Part shown: positions 18,201 to 27,064 of the stretch, one piece after another | Layout: every line of letters begins with the position of its first letter | How positions within the stretch are numbered: the stretch's first letter is position 1 | Assembly (NCBI GenBank): GCA_947259495.1 | Contig: CAMYLV010000008.1 | Location: 71,939 to 135,938 of the forward strand | DNA length: 64,000 nucleotides | Reading direction: 5' to 3' | From: an uncultured Desulfobacterales bacterium | GTDB taxonomy: Bacteria; Desulfobacterota; Desulfobacteria; Desulfobacterales; JAHEIW01 | Program-made: the position numbers and the translations under genes | The notes under the pieces: model-generated | Database searches by the model: none | What the model saw: the letters and a program-made list of their open reading frames with translations, nothing else | What the model was told of the DNA's origin: nothing

Positions 18201-18224
18201 GCCGAACAGTTGAAGTCCAGCTAA
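15219..18224 (+). CDS. dnaE2: error-prone DNA polymerase III alpha homologue DnaE2 (ImuC)
   Basis: 1001 aa with an N-terminal PHP domain (LTVRSNYSFMWGTAS), a pol III alpha core (PDIDVDF, GYSFCKPHSASYA) and a C-terminal OB fold. It follows imuB. Confidence 0.9.
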   Translation: MIPLTVRSNYSFMWGTASVKQVCRAARRLGYTHLALTDTDNLCGLWPFLTSCRREGLTPIVGAEITDPQRKQRAVCLVANDSGYRNLCRLLTRRHMDDDFSLAAAVSAHANGLVVLTQSAGLLSAWHADGVAVAGALPRRPLPATHRLRHTARRLGVSVVATPGSFFLRPADMAVHRILRAIAHNTSLSRLAADEVAPVDAWLAGPQEYERRFAICPEAISVTYKIAERLDFSGPQFGIVMPPLLGQNGSNPAERLREQAYEGARQRYGDELSEAVVERLEHELRSITDMGFAAYFLIVRGIIQRSPRTCGRGSGAASLVAYCLGITNVCPLKHNLYFERFLNPGRQDPPDIDVDFAWDERDAVLDSVLTQYPGHAAMVSSHVLFQPRMAVREVAKVFGLTDAEIGRVSKRLPQFWRVKESDPRFLDELQQRPESKALAFPPPWPDILQFAQRLIGTPRYMSVHPGGVVITPRPIEEYVPVERAPKGVPIIQWEKDATEDAGLVKIDLLGNRSLGVIRDALVNLRDNGTAFDELRWEPEDDFATQEALAQGRTMGCFYIESPAMRLLQQKSKVGDFEHLVIHSSIIRPAANEFIQEYIRRLHGGRWDPIHPFLAEVLAETFGIMVYQEDVSRAAVVIAGFSHAEADTLRKVLTKKDRAHQLRDFEQRFYTGARQHGVSADKTAEIWDMMMSFNGYSFCKPHSASYARVSFQAAYLKVHYPAEFMAAVISNQGGFYGTFAYVSEARRMGLKVLPPNVSLSEVHWTGGADTIRVGLLSVKGLGIDTRARIVAQRRRRSYGSLRDFLDRVRPAEDEARSLINCGALDAFNSGGNRAALRWELAGWLKSKRPKVPNPALFDGANPGADCPPPALPAEDERERRRREFTVLDFLCDRHPMELFAGQLQKRRTVKAVDLPCFVGRRVTLAGWLITGKVVSTKKGDPMEFLTFEDETGIVETTFFPQAYRRFCHIIDRQRPYLLTGRVEADWGALTLTVEKAEQLKSS

Positions 18225-18257
18225 GTTTTTAGCACCAGCGGGGTATTACCAGCGAAT

Positions 18258-19664
18258 TCATTCCAGCCCCAGAGTTGATCGGGCACTCATCTTTTGAGGA
18301 GCCACTGACAATTCGCCGGCACCTGATCTGTCAGCAGCAAATCCAACTGTCCAAACCTTCACCTTGCCGCTGGTAGTGGAATAGGTTTGAAAGCGCAGAT
18401 CGCCGGTTTCTGTAAGGTAAGAGTAGTCAAAATTCGTAGAATGTATACCCAGGGTCTCAACATAATAGGACCGCCAGCTGACGCCATTGTTAAAACTGCG
18501 GTGCAGTTTATTATGTCCGTCGACTGCCGTTAGGGTGCCATTTGCATCTGTCAGGATTCTTGCGGGAATAGACTCAAAAGGCAGTTTTAGGGGTGCAGAC
18601 CAACCGATCTCGGGTCGCCACAATGACCACCATGAGGTATCGTTGCTGTTATCGGCGAAAGACACCGTCGGATGCCCGTCTGCGGTAGCCCCAACATAAC
18701 TGGTGTACCAGAGGTTGCCGGCGCTGCCCGTCCAGTCGGGCCCAACGACGACATCTGCGTTTTTAAGGGTGATCGGCAATGTTTCGTAAAGAGATCCATC
18801 TGCACGTTTAAAGGTGTCTCCACCGTCATCCGATAACGCATAAAGTACGTGGGTATGATAGCCCGATGAACCATTCCCGTCATCCACCACCCAGGTGATG
18901 TGCATCCGGTTGTTGCGGTCAAAAAAGATGCGCTGTCGATACGGCTGATAGGCTGTACCGTCGGCCCCGGAGTCATTCCAAAAAAAAGTTTTGGCCGCAT
19001 GCGCGTAATCCGTACCGCCCAGCATCACCCAGGTTTTAGCGTCGGCATCGTATCGCGCAATGGCTGCGGCAATGATGCCGGGAGACCAGCCGGTACCGAA
19101 TTTTATCCGGTGACGAAAAGCAACGTAAAGAACGCCGTTCAGGTCCCGGGCAAATGAAGGATAGGTGATCCAGTTTCCCGGGATTGTCCGCGCTTGCTCA
19201 CCGCCAACAAACGTAAAAGAAGAGATATCTTCCGGTTTATCGGAAACGACATATTGCCAGGCATATTCATAGTAGGGGTTGCCTGTTTTGGGATGATTAA
19301 ATGGGGAATGATACATATTGCCGGCAACATGAATATACCCGCTGCGGTCTATACCCACAGACGCGCCATTATACCAGGGCGCAGGGTCGGTTTCTTCAAA
19401 AATAACGTTTTTAGATGTCGACCCGTCGGATGACTTCTTGACGATGAGCGTCTTTAATTGCCGGGTCACATATACGTAATAAATGGCATCGTTGTAAGTA
19501 GCCACCGGGGTTTGCCAATCACTGCCGGTTACTTTGGAAGCATCATTGAATTCGAATTCTTTTTTAATGGTGACGGTTTCCGGTGACTGTTGCCCCCATG
19601 CCGTCATTGCATATATGCATAGAGCCACCGGAACCGCCACCAAAGCGGGGTAAAATCGCCGCAT
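18258..19664 (-). CDS. secreted BNR-repeat-like (BNR_4-type) beta-propeller protein
   Basis: ALSDDGGDTF and SFNNGVSW Asp-box-like motifs. Signal peptide starts at the internal MRRFYPALVAVPVALCIYAMTAWG (ATG 19664); the track ORF extends to 19757. Confidence 0.65.
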   Translation of the reverse strand: MRRFYPALVAVPVALCIYAMTAWGQQSPETVTIKKEFEFNDASKVTGSDWQTPVATYNDAIYYVYVTRQLKTLIVKKSSDGSTSKNVIFEETDPAPWYNGASVGIDRSGYIHVAGNMYHSPFNHPKTGNPYYEYAWQYVVSDKPEDISSFTFVGGEQARTIPGNWITYPSFARDLNGVLYVAFRHRIKFGTGWSPGIIAAAIARYDADAKTWVMLGGTDYAHAAKTFFWNDSGADGTAYQPYRQRIFFDRNNRMHITWVVDDGNGSSGYHTHVLYALSDDGGDTFKRADGSLYETLPITLKNADVVVGPDWTGSAGNLWYTSYVGATADGHPTVSFADNSNDTSWWSLWRPEIGWSAPLKLPFESIPARILTDANGTLTAVDGHNKLHRSFNNGVSWRSYYVETLGIHSTNFDYSYLTETGDLRFQTYSTTSGKVKVWTVGFAADRSGAGELSVAPQKMSARSTLGLE

Positions 19665-20292
19665 GACCGATCTCCTTTTTTCCACTCCCGACATTGGGCC
19701 ATATGTTCTTTTGGACCTGCAACCCCGAAATGCCCCCCGGCTGTTTGCCCGGTCCAAACGTCTGAAAAAACGGATTGGTTGGCCGACGCTAGAATTGATT
19801 GCAAAATAGGTACCAATTGGGATTTTCAGACCGCCCCTGTTCGAAAGCCAAACCGGAGGGGGGCTATATTCTTCGCCAGCTTTTAAAACTTTAGTTTAAT
19901 CACTTCCTTAGGTCTTTTTGAAACGCGAAAAGGGTGAACCGGAAGGGCCCTCTTTAAAACTCAGGCCGCCGGTTGTTTGATGATGCCATTGGTTTTGTGT
20001 ACGAAAAATTATACCTCTGCGTATACAGAATTATAAATATGAGAGATTACTGCCAATTTTATATTAGCAGAAACCCTATTGTTTTGAGTCAGTCGCCCTG
20101 TTGCAAATGTTTAACCGTTTGCTTTATAGTGTTGCCAAACTTATTATTTATGGTGTAGACTTCAAACTTGCAGGAAATATTCGTATGGTGAGAATTCATC
20201 GTCGACATATAAATTTGCGCCTGCATCTTCTTATTAAATTTGCCGTAAACCCATTCAAGCCGTTATTTAAATAAATTAGAGGAGGTAAAAAG

Positions 20293-20436
20293 ATGGAAGC
20301 GTATTGCGTTAAATGCAAAGCCAAGCGAGAAATGAAAGACCCGAAGGAAATAACAATGAAAAATGGACGGCCCGCAACCCAGGGCGTTTGTCCGACATGC
20401 GGCACAAAGATGTTCAGGATCGGCAAGAGCAAATAA
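20293..20436 (+). CDS. small zinc-ribbon protein (DUF5679-like)
   Basis: Hand-found 47-codon ORF MEAYCVKCKAKREMKDPKEITMKNGRPATQGVCPTCGTKMFRIGKSK with two CxxC pairs and a GGAGG SD 7 nt upstream. It is below the ORF-track size cut-off. Confidence 0.6.
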   Translation: MEAYCVKCKAKREMKDPKEITMKNGRPATQGVCPTCGTKMFRIGKSK

Positions 20437-20580
20437 GCCTGCCGGTTTTGCATTTTTCTGCTGCTCTGGGTTGTGTCAGAGGTAAAAAACATCCCTGTTT
20501 GGCGCGGTAAAACCTTTAACGTTTTACCGCGTCGGATAGGCGTTCCCCGCACCCCTCCCCTCTTCGGACCCTTATTTATC

Positions 20581-21096
20581 ATGAAAATCCAAATTCGGCC
20601 GGAAACCAAAAAAGACATCGCTAAAATTAGAAACGTCAATGCAGCCGCTTTTGATACGAAAGCTGAGGCCAATATAGTCGATAGTTTGAGAAAAAGCAGC
20701 AGCCCGCTGATCTCGCTGGTGGCTGAGTCGGATGGAATGATCGTCGGACACATCCTCTACAGTCCCGTCAAGCTATCCGGCAACAATGCGAATCTTAAAA
20801 TCGCGAGCCTGGCACCGGTGGCCGTGTTGCCCGAACGTCAAAACCAGGGAATCGGCTCTGCCCTGGTAGAGGCGGGCCTGAGGCGCTGCCAATCATGTGG
20901 ATACAAAGCGGTGTTCGTTTTAGGTCATCCGGATTACTACCCCCGTTTTGGTTTTGTGCCGGCATCCCGCTTCGGCATTAAAAGTGAGTATGATGTCCCG
21001 GATGAGGTCTTTCTGGTTAAGGAATTGGAAAAAGGGGCTCTGTTTGAATATCGCGGGGTGATAACCTATCACCCGATATTTGCGCAGCTTGACTAA
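20581..21096 (+). CDS. GNAT family N-acetyltransferase
   Basis: MKIQIRPETKKDIAKIRNVN...RQNQGIGSALVEAGLRRC (acetyl-CoA-binding Q/RxxGxG/A motif). ATG 20581 is preferred over the track start at 20473. Confidence 0.8.
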   Translation: MKIQIRPETKKDIAKIRNVNAAAFDTKAEANIVDSLRKSSSPLISLVAESDGMIVGHILYSPVKLSGNNANLKIASLAPVAVLPERQNQGIGSALVEAGLRRCQSCGYKAVFVLGHPDYYPRFGFVPASRFGIKSEYDVPDEVFLVKELEKGALFEYRGVITYHPIFAQLD

Positions 21097-21157
21097 TTAC
21101 CCATTGATCGCGATGGAGTACTTCAGTAAGCGTTTTGTTTAAAAGGAGGATTGCCAG

Positions 21158-21448
21158 ATGGCTGCATACATGATTGCCAGAGTTAGCGTGACCGATTGGG
21201 AACAATATAATGAATATATAAAGGTTACACCAGACATCATCGCAAAATATGAGGGCCGTTTTATTGTCCGCGGGGGTGAGACCATCACCCTTGAAGGCCC
21301 GGAGGAAAAATGGCGAATCGTTGTAGTTGAATTCCCCGATCTTGCAAAGGTGAAGGAATTCTATAATTCACCGGAATATGCAGACGCCAAAAAGATTCGT
21401 GAGGGCGCAGCACTGGCCCAGTTTGTCGCCATTTCAGGTGTCGAGTAG
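21158..21448 (+). CDS. DUF1330 domain protein
   Basis: 96 aa with AYMIARVSVTDWEQYNEY...VVVEFPDLAKVKEFYNSPEYADAKKIREGAA, typical of DUF1330. AAGGAGG SD present. Confidence 0.8.
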   Translation: MAAYMIARVSVTDWEQYNEYIKVTPDIIAKYEGRFIVRGGETITLEGPEEKWRIVVVEFPDLAKVKEFYNSPEYADAKKIREGAALAQFVAISGVE

Positions 21449-21553
21449 ATCGTAAACACAATGAAAAGGATAAATTGATGCCTGCAATCCGTAAATGACA
21501 TATGAAGAAACTGATGTTACGCCTGCCAATTTTTTACCTGAAGGAGATTGAGC

Positions 21554-21766
21554 ATGAGCGAATTTAGCGAACGATTAATTCAGTTAAGAGCAAAGAGTAA
21601 GCTAACCTTAAAAGAAATCTGCAGAGGGGCCGGCATTCCGCCATCCAGATTGGTTGAACTGGAAAGAGGCACAAGAATACCGACATCCGGCCAGATTGAG
21701 CATCTCGAAAATTATTATAAAGTCAATGCAGGAGAGCTGGCCGAGCTGGCCAAACCATTAGAATAA
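21554..21766 (+). CDS. XRE-family helix-turn-helix protein
   Basis: FSERLIQLRAKSKLTLKEICRGAGIPPSRLVELERGTRIPTSGQIEHL is an HTH_3-type pattern. The track start at 21548 is TTG; ATG lies at 21554. Confidence 0.7.
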   Translation: MSEFSERLIQLRAKSKLTLKEICRGAGIPPSRLVELERGTRIPTSGQIEHLENYYKVNAGELAELAKPLE

Positions 21767-21872
21767 GAAAATTGAAGGAAATCGATATGGTAATGCGGCA
21801 AATAGACCGAGTCCTGGGACTCGCGGCAATGTCTCAAAGAGATCAGCATCGTCGATTTGGCCCGGGCCCTCA

Positions 21873-23039
21873 TCAGATAAAACTTATAACCGGATATGGC
21901 CCTCCTTTCAGAAATTCGGCTTTTAATCCCCACCAGCGGCGTCCAACGGTCATATACAGGCTGCGATAATCCACACTGAATTTTAAATCATCATTTTCCA
22001 GTTGCTGCAGAGACGGCTGCCGGCCGTATAGGCCACCCTTGACCTTGCCGCCCATTATGAAATGCGGTGCCGCCGTGCCGTGGTCGGTACCGCGGCTGCC
22101 GTTTTCCGCCGGTCGCCGACCGAATTCAGAATAAGTCATTACCAGCACCTGCTCCCAGCGGCCCGCCTGCTGCATGGCACGCCGAAAGGCGTCCATGGCT
22201 TCTGCCAGCTGCTGAAGCAGCCGATCGTGAAGGTTGCGCTGGTTGGCATGGGTGTCAAACCCGCCGTGTGATACTTTGATAACCGGAATTGCCACACCGC
22301 CGGCAATCAGCCGGGCCGCCGTTTGAAGGTGGCGCCCGATCATTGTTTTGGGAAATGTCGCATTCGGTGGTACCTGCGTTTTTATCTTCTCATCCAATGC
22401 CCGGGCGGAACGGTAAACGCCATTCTGTACCGCAAGCAGGTGCTTGAGTGCCGGATTATGGCTGCCGGCATTCATCTTCTGCACGCGTTTGGCCTGCCGA
22501 AAAAATTGCTCAAGGTTGCGCATGACAACCAACCGCAGATCACCGCCGGCCAGCGGTCCGGCATCACCGCCGATAGCAGCCCCGTCAGCGATGGTCCGTG
22601 CAGGCATGGATATCTCCGGCAGGACCCGGGCCAGCCACCCGGTTTGCAGATATTGACTGCTGGAAGATCCGGTTTCCCATATCTCGATAGAGCGGAAATG
22701 CGACCGATTGGGCTGGGGATACCCGACACCGGCAACAATGGCCAGCTGCTTCTGGTTCCAGACATCCAACAACGCTTTCAGGCGCGGATTCAATCCCAGG
22801 TCTTCAGAGAGGGGCAGGACCACATCCCGTTTGACGGCCAGACCCGATCGGTATTGATAATAGCGATTATCGGTATAGGGAACCAGGGTGTTGAGCCCAT
22901 CATTGCCACCTTTTAGCTCGATTAAAATTAGAATCCGTTGAGCTTGATTAGCCCCTGCGACGGCCAACGGCAAATGATAGGAATTCAGCTGCCAAATGAG
23001 TGCGCCTGTTGCTATTTTAAGAAATTCTCTGCGCTTCAT
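21873..23039 (-). CDS. DUF1501 domain protein (sulfatase-fold, Tat signal)
   Basis: Twin-arginine leader MKRREFLKIATG, plus GGNDGLNTLVP, GGFDTH and SEFGRR...GTDHG motifs. Confidence 0.85.
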   Translation of the reverse strand: MKRREFLKIATGALIWQLNSYHLPLAVAGANQAQRILILIELKGGNDGLNTLVPYTDNRYYQYRSGLAVKRDVVLPLSEDLGLNPRLKALLDVWNQKQLAIVAGVGYPQPNRSHFRSIEIWETGSSSSQYLQTGWLARVLPEISMPARTIADGAAIGGDAGPLAGGDLRLVVMRNLEQFFRQAKRVQKMNAGSHNPALKHLLAVQNGVYRSARALDEKIKTQVPPNATFPKTMIGRHLQTAARLIAGGVAIPVIKVSHGGFDTHANQRNLHDRLLQQLAEAMDAFRRAMQQAGRWEQVLVMTYSEFGRRPAENGSRGTDHGTAAPHFIMGGKVKGGLYGRQPSLQQLENDDLKFSVDYRSLYMTVGRRWWGLKAEFLKGGPYPVISFI

Positions 23040-23051
23040 CTATGAACCTCT

Positions 23052-24461
23052 TTATTTTAATTGAAACACCGGATCCTGCACCAACTGCGAGACCAGCTCG
23101 TGTCGATCGGCCATTGCTTGGGGCGGTACAATCGGAGGCAATGGCAATAATATTTTTGTGACCGTTTGATCCGTCAGGTTTTTACCAAACAGCTGCAAGT
23201 TCGTCATTTGCCCGCTCATTGTCTGTGTCGATGATGGCCCGACGTTTTTACCAGCCTGCAGCATTTCCATTCCCCGTAAAAATCGATCCAGTATCTGGCG
23301 GCGCATCATGAGCGTGTCGGATGAAATCCAGCGGGTTCCACCGGGCCAGCCTTTCACATTGGGCGGGTCCATGAGATCCTGCCCCAATCGGCGGCTGGCC
23401 AGCACGATTCCACGGCCATCACCCATGGGAAATTGAAACACCCGCAGGGTTCCCACGATCAATTCCACCGGCGATTTGATCATGGCACCGAATGTTTGCG
23501 GGTCCCTGAAAGCCTGGCAAGTCAAAAGGGCCTGCATCAGAGGTTTTAATTCATAATCGTTTGACCGCAGCACTTCGGCCAACCGGTCAATTTCCTGCGG
23601 ATCCGGCTTTTGCGAAATAAATGCTCGCCAGAGTTTTTCGGTAATATGGGTGGCCACCCCGGGTTGCTCCAACACAATGTCGATGATGTCATCCCCGTCA
23701 AAATTCCCCGTACTTCCCATGAAGCTTTTAGAGCCAAAATCGTGGCGCCGGCGTATAAATCTGAATTTGCCGGTACGCCTGTCGATCGTCCAGCCGGTAA
23801 ATGCCCGGGCGACTTCTTTGATGTCTTTTTCGGTATAATGGCCCTCTCCCAGGGTAAATAGTTCCAGCAGCTCCCGGGCAAAGTTTTCATTGGGTTTATC
23901 CTTCTGATTGAAAACATTATCCAGATAAATGAGCATAGCGGGATCTTTAGACACTGCATGGATCAATTGTCTGAAATTACCCAGGGCATGCTGCCGCAAA
24001 AGCTGATTCTGGCCATACATCAGTGTGGGTGATTTAACTTTTCGCAGGCCCGAGGTAAAATGGTTGTGCCAGAAAAGCGTCATCTGCTCGCCGAGGGGTG
24101 CGTCGGTCTGAACCATCTCGCGAAACCACCAAGCCTTGAGCTCAAAGCTGCGCCGGCGCCATCGCTGGAATAATTTTTTGCGCTCCTCCTTACTGAGCTG
24201 TTTGATCTGTGCGCGGCTCATCAAAGGCTCATTGACCCATTCCGGTGGCGGGGTCAGGGGGTGTTTGCGCGTCTGATTCAAAATGGCGGTCACGGCTTCC
24301 GCGTAACCCATTGATTCGAAAGCCCGGATTTGCTCCCAATTGCCGCCAAAACCTGTGCGGGCCAGCAGATGTCTGGCTTCTTCAAAGCGCATCCCAAATG
24401 CAGCAGGCAACATCAGACCGCTCAGCAGCATGAAAACCAAAAAAATAGAAAAGCGTTTCAT
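23052..24461 (-). CDS. DUF1800 domain protein
   Basis: FWHNHFT...LLELFTLGEGHYTEKDIKEVARAFTGW matches the DUF1800 core. Signal peptide at the internal MKRFSIFLVFMLLSGLMLPAAFG (ATG 24461). Usual partner of DUF1501. Confidence 0.8.
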   Translation of the reverse strand: MKRFSIFLVFMLLSGLMLPAAFGMRFEEARHLLARTGFGGNWEQIRAFESMGYAEAVTAILNQTRKHPLTPPPEWVNEPLMSRAQIKQLSKEERKKLFQRWRRRSFELKAWWFREMVQTDAPLGEQMTLFWHNHFTSGLRKVKSPTLMYGQNQLLRQHALGNFRQLIHAVSKDPAMLIYLDNVFNQKDKPNENFARELLELFTLGEGHYTEKDIKEVARAFTGWTIDRRTGKFRFIRRRHDFGSKSFMGSTGNFDGDDIIDIVLEQPGVATHITEKLWRAFISQKPDPQEIDRLAEVLRSNDYELKPLMQALLTCQAFRDPQTFGAMIKSPVELIVGTLRVFQFPMGDGRGIVLASRRLGQDLMDPPNVKGWPGGTRWISSDTLMMRRQILDRFLRGMEMLQAGKNVGPSSTQTMSGQMTNLQLFGKNLTDQTVTKILLPLPPIVPPQAMADRHELVSQLVQDPVFQLK

Positions 24462-24596
24462 GAACAAATCCTTTTTGACCGGTATACGGAAATTTATCCC
24501 CCAAATTGAATTTCCTGTTGTATAAAAACCCATCTGAATTATAAAAGTTTCGCTGACGAATGAATATTTATTTGATTGCATTTTGAAAAGAGATCC

Positions 24597-25553
24597 ATGA
24601 CCGAATCAAAACTATTCATAATCCACCAGGGCGCCCTGGGTGATGTGGTCTTAACCTTTCCGGCTATCTGCGCGCTTCGCAAAAAATTTGATCGCATTGA
24701 TATCCTCTGTCAGGGTCAAATAGGAAAACTGGCTGTCAAGCTGGGACTGATAGAAAATGGTTACCCTCTGGAGTCGGCCTATTTTGCAACCCTTTTTTCC
24801 GATCAGATCAATGGGAAAATCAAAAATCTCATCTGCCGCTATACGACCATTCTTGTTATTTCATTTTGCAGCGACCTTAAGGAATCCATCAGCCAAATTA
24901 CCGGCCGTCCATGCTTGTGGATGCCCCCCCGGCCGCCGGTCCGGGATAAAATCCATGTGGCCGAATTTTTGTTTCAAAACCTCATGGATGGCGGGCTGAT
25001 CGAAGCCGCTCATTCAAACGACAGTATCTTCAACGTCCAATGGCAGCGAAACCACAGAACGGGCCGGACGATCGAGACCTCAAAAATTATCATTCATCCG
25101 GGCTCCGGCAGTATTCGCAAGCGCTGGCCCCTGGCGAAGTTTTTACACTTGGCAGATGTTCTCGAAAAAAGGGGCCTGCTGCCGCAATTTGCGTGTGGAC
25201 CGGCGGAGTTGGATCTAACCGCGGAAATCCGGAATCAAGATCGACAGGTACACACTTTCAGTGAACTGACGGATCTGGTTGATTGGTTTGAATCCGCGGG
25301 CGGATATGTTGGCAACGATTCCGGTATTAGCCACCTGGCGGCGTTTTTGGGGCTGGCATGTGTGATCGTCTTCGGCCCGGCGGATCCGGTGCGCTGGCAA
25401 CCGCTGGGGCCCCGGGTTCAAATTGTGCGGCCCGAATTGGATTGTCACCCGTGCTTTGAAATCGAGCCGGATAACTGCACCCAACCCGCCTGCCTGGCGG
25501 ATGCCAGACTCGAATCAGTGCTTGCGGCGTTTTTTCGGGTGTATAATATCTGA
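24597..25553 (+). CDS. glycosyltransferase family 9 (heptosyltransferase-like)
   Basis: HQGALGDVVLTFPAICALRKKF N-terminus, IHPGSGSIRKRWP and GNDSGISHLAAFLG motifs. Confidence 0.8.
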   Translation: MTESKLFIIHQGALGDVVLTFPAICALRKKFDRIDILCQGQIGKLAVKLGLIENGYPLESAYFATLFSDQINGKIKNLICRYTTILVISFCSDLKESISQITGRPCLWMPPRPPVRDKIHVAEFLFQNLMDGGLIEAAHSNDSIFNVQWQRNHRTGRTIETSKIIIHPGSGSIRKRWPLAKFLHLADVLEKRGLLPQFACGPAELDLTAEIRNQDRQVHTFSELTDLVDWFESAGGYVGNDSGISHLAAFLGLACVIVFGPADPVRWQPLGPRVQIVRPELDCHPCFEIEPDNCTQPACLADARLESVLAAFFRVYNI

Positions 25554-25689
25554 TTGCAGCAGACATGACTATGCGGATATCGATGATTTCGTGCTTTCGG
25601 TAAACACGGTTATTTTGCAGACCATCGAGCACGTGGATATCGCCGGTCCTGGTAACAGCTGAGAAAGAAGCCCGGCCTGATCCATGTTC

Positions 25690-26541
25690 TCAAACAGCCA
25701 CATTGAAAAGTTTGGCGGTGTTTTGGCTGCAAATTTGCCCTATCTCCGCATCCGACAACCCGACTGCTTGCATCTCATCAAAATACCTTGCGGGCTGCAG
25801 GAGGGGAAAGTCACTGCCAAACAGGATCTTTTCCACCCCGATCAATTCAATTGCCAGGCGGTAGACACTCGGATCGTATAAATAAGGCGAGGCGGCCGTA
25901 TCAAAATACACATTGAGTAAGCGCTGTTTGACTTCCTTTCGCAGAAGACTGAAAAAAAACAGGCCGCCGCCCCAGTGCGCCAGAACAATTTTATTTTGAG
26001 GAAAGGTGACAATCAGCTGATAGATCTGTGCCAGGGTATTGCGGGTTTTACCGGGATATGTATGCCCGATGGGCTCATTGGTATGAATCAGAACGGGAAC
26101 ATCCCGCCCGCTGCAAATTTCCATCACCGGTTCCAATTTGGTCAGAGCAGAATTATCAATCCCGCTTTGATAAAAGGCCAGCTCTCCGATTCCGAGTAGC
26201 CCGCCCTGCTGAAGGCAGCGATGCGTCTCCGCAGCGGCTTCTTCGCTAAAAGGATCGAAACAGCCCAGCCCGATAAAGCGATCCGGGTAACGGCTGACCA
26301 CCTCAATGATGTAGTCATTATGCTTTTTAAAATGGTTCGAATCCCGCCAGGGAAATCCAAAAATAACGGATTTGTTCACCTGGTTGTCATCCATAGCGGC
26401 CAATATTTCTGTTGCACCGATCAGCCGGGATTTGGGTGATTGATACAGTTTTTGAAAGGCAGGCTCGTCTGAAAAATAGGCTTCCCGGCGGGTACGGATT
26501 TCCTCTGGAAAAATATGGGTATGAACGTCAATTATCTTCAA
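25690..26541 (-). CDS. amidohydrolase_2-type (TIM-barrel) metal-dependent hydrolase
   Basis: MKIIDVHTHIFPEE N-terminus, and HWGGG...FGSDFPL at the C-terminus. Confidence 0.8.
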   Translation of the reverse strand: MKIIDVHTHIFPEEIRTRREAYFSDEPAFQKLYQSPKSRLIGATEILAAMDDNQVNKSVIFGFPWRDSNHFKKHNDYIIEVVSRYPDRFIGLGCFDPFSEEAAAETHRCLQQGGLLGIGELAFYQSGIDNSALTKLEPVMEICSGRDVPVLIHTNEPIGHTYPGKTRNTLAQIYQLIVTFPQNKIVLAHWGGGLFFFSLLRKEVKQRLLNVYFDTAASPYLYDPSVYRLAIELIGVEKILFGSDFPLLQPARYFDEMQAVGLSDAEIGQICSQNTAKLFNVAV

Positions 26542-26731
26542 CTTAGCGCTCCGAAGCGTTTATATTTCTTTGTTTGACCGGGACGATACCACTGCGCCGG
26601 CATTGATCAGATACAATAGCCTAAGCTGCCATGGTGATAATATTTTTGAATGGACCCGGGGTCCTTAAATGCCTAGTTTGGGCAAGAGAATATTGTTATG
26701 GGAAAGGGATTCAAAATTCAAACAAAAAAAT

Positions 26732-26763
26732 AACGGCTAATCAGTTTTTGCTGATTAGCCGTT
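26732..26763 (-). terminator. rho-independent terminator (minus-strand reading)
   Basis: Perfect 13-bp stem AACGGCTAATCAG/CTGATTAGCCGTT with a 6-nt loop. On the minus strand it is followed by ATTTTTTTG. Confidence 0.55.
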
Positions 26764-26820
26764 AAGGAGGAGAACAGATGAAGAAATTATTAGGCTGCGG
26801 TTAAGACAAATGCAAAACCC

Positions 26821-26849
26821 TTGCCAAAAATGATTTACAATCCTAAAAT
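26821..26849 (+). promoter_or_regulatory. candidate sigma70 promoter inside the AT-rich gap
   Basis: TTGCCA, a 17-nt spacer, then TAAAAT. AT-rich context means chance matches are likely. Confidence 0.3.
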
Positions 26850-27027
26850 TAATCTTTTTTATTATATTTTATATAAAATTCATATACTTATAATTTCTCG
26901 TGCTTCAGGCACCTCCGGCAAAAAAAATGACCAGAACCGAGATAAATAGGGTAAGGGGTTCACAATTTTTAACCGAAAATACCTATAAATTGAAAACCTG
27001 TTGTTTTTTAACCGTTTTTTTATTATT

Positions 27028-27064
27028 GGGTGAGGTTCAAAATTCTGAACCACCGCTTTTTTTG
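27028..27064 (+). terminator. candidate intrinsic terminator (plus strand)
   Basis: GGTTCA/TGAACC 6-bp stem with flanking partial pairs, followed by a T8 run (GCTTTTTTTT). Confidence 0.4.

Noticed and set aside
20196-20753. 185-aa minus-strand ORF.
   Set aside because: It overlaps both the SD-preceded zinc-ribbon ORF and the start of the GNAT gene on the opposite strand, and it has no recognisable motifs.
21772-21969. 65-aa plus-strand ORF after the HTH gene as a possible toxin partner.
   Set aside because: It overlaps the 3' end of the DUF1501 gene on the opposite strand, its sequence is Arg/Pro/Gly-rich, and it has no RBS.
26330-26350. tRNA-like T-loop string GGTTCGAATCCCGCC.
   Set aside because: It lies inside the amidohydrolase CDS. 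The flanks do not form a T-stem (only 2 complementary pairs), and there are no acceptor, D or anticodon arms.
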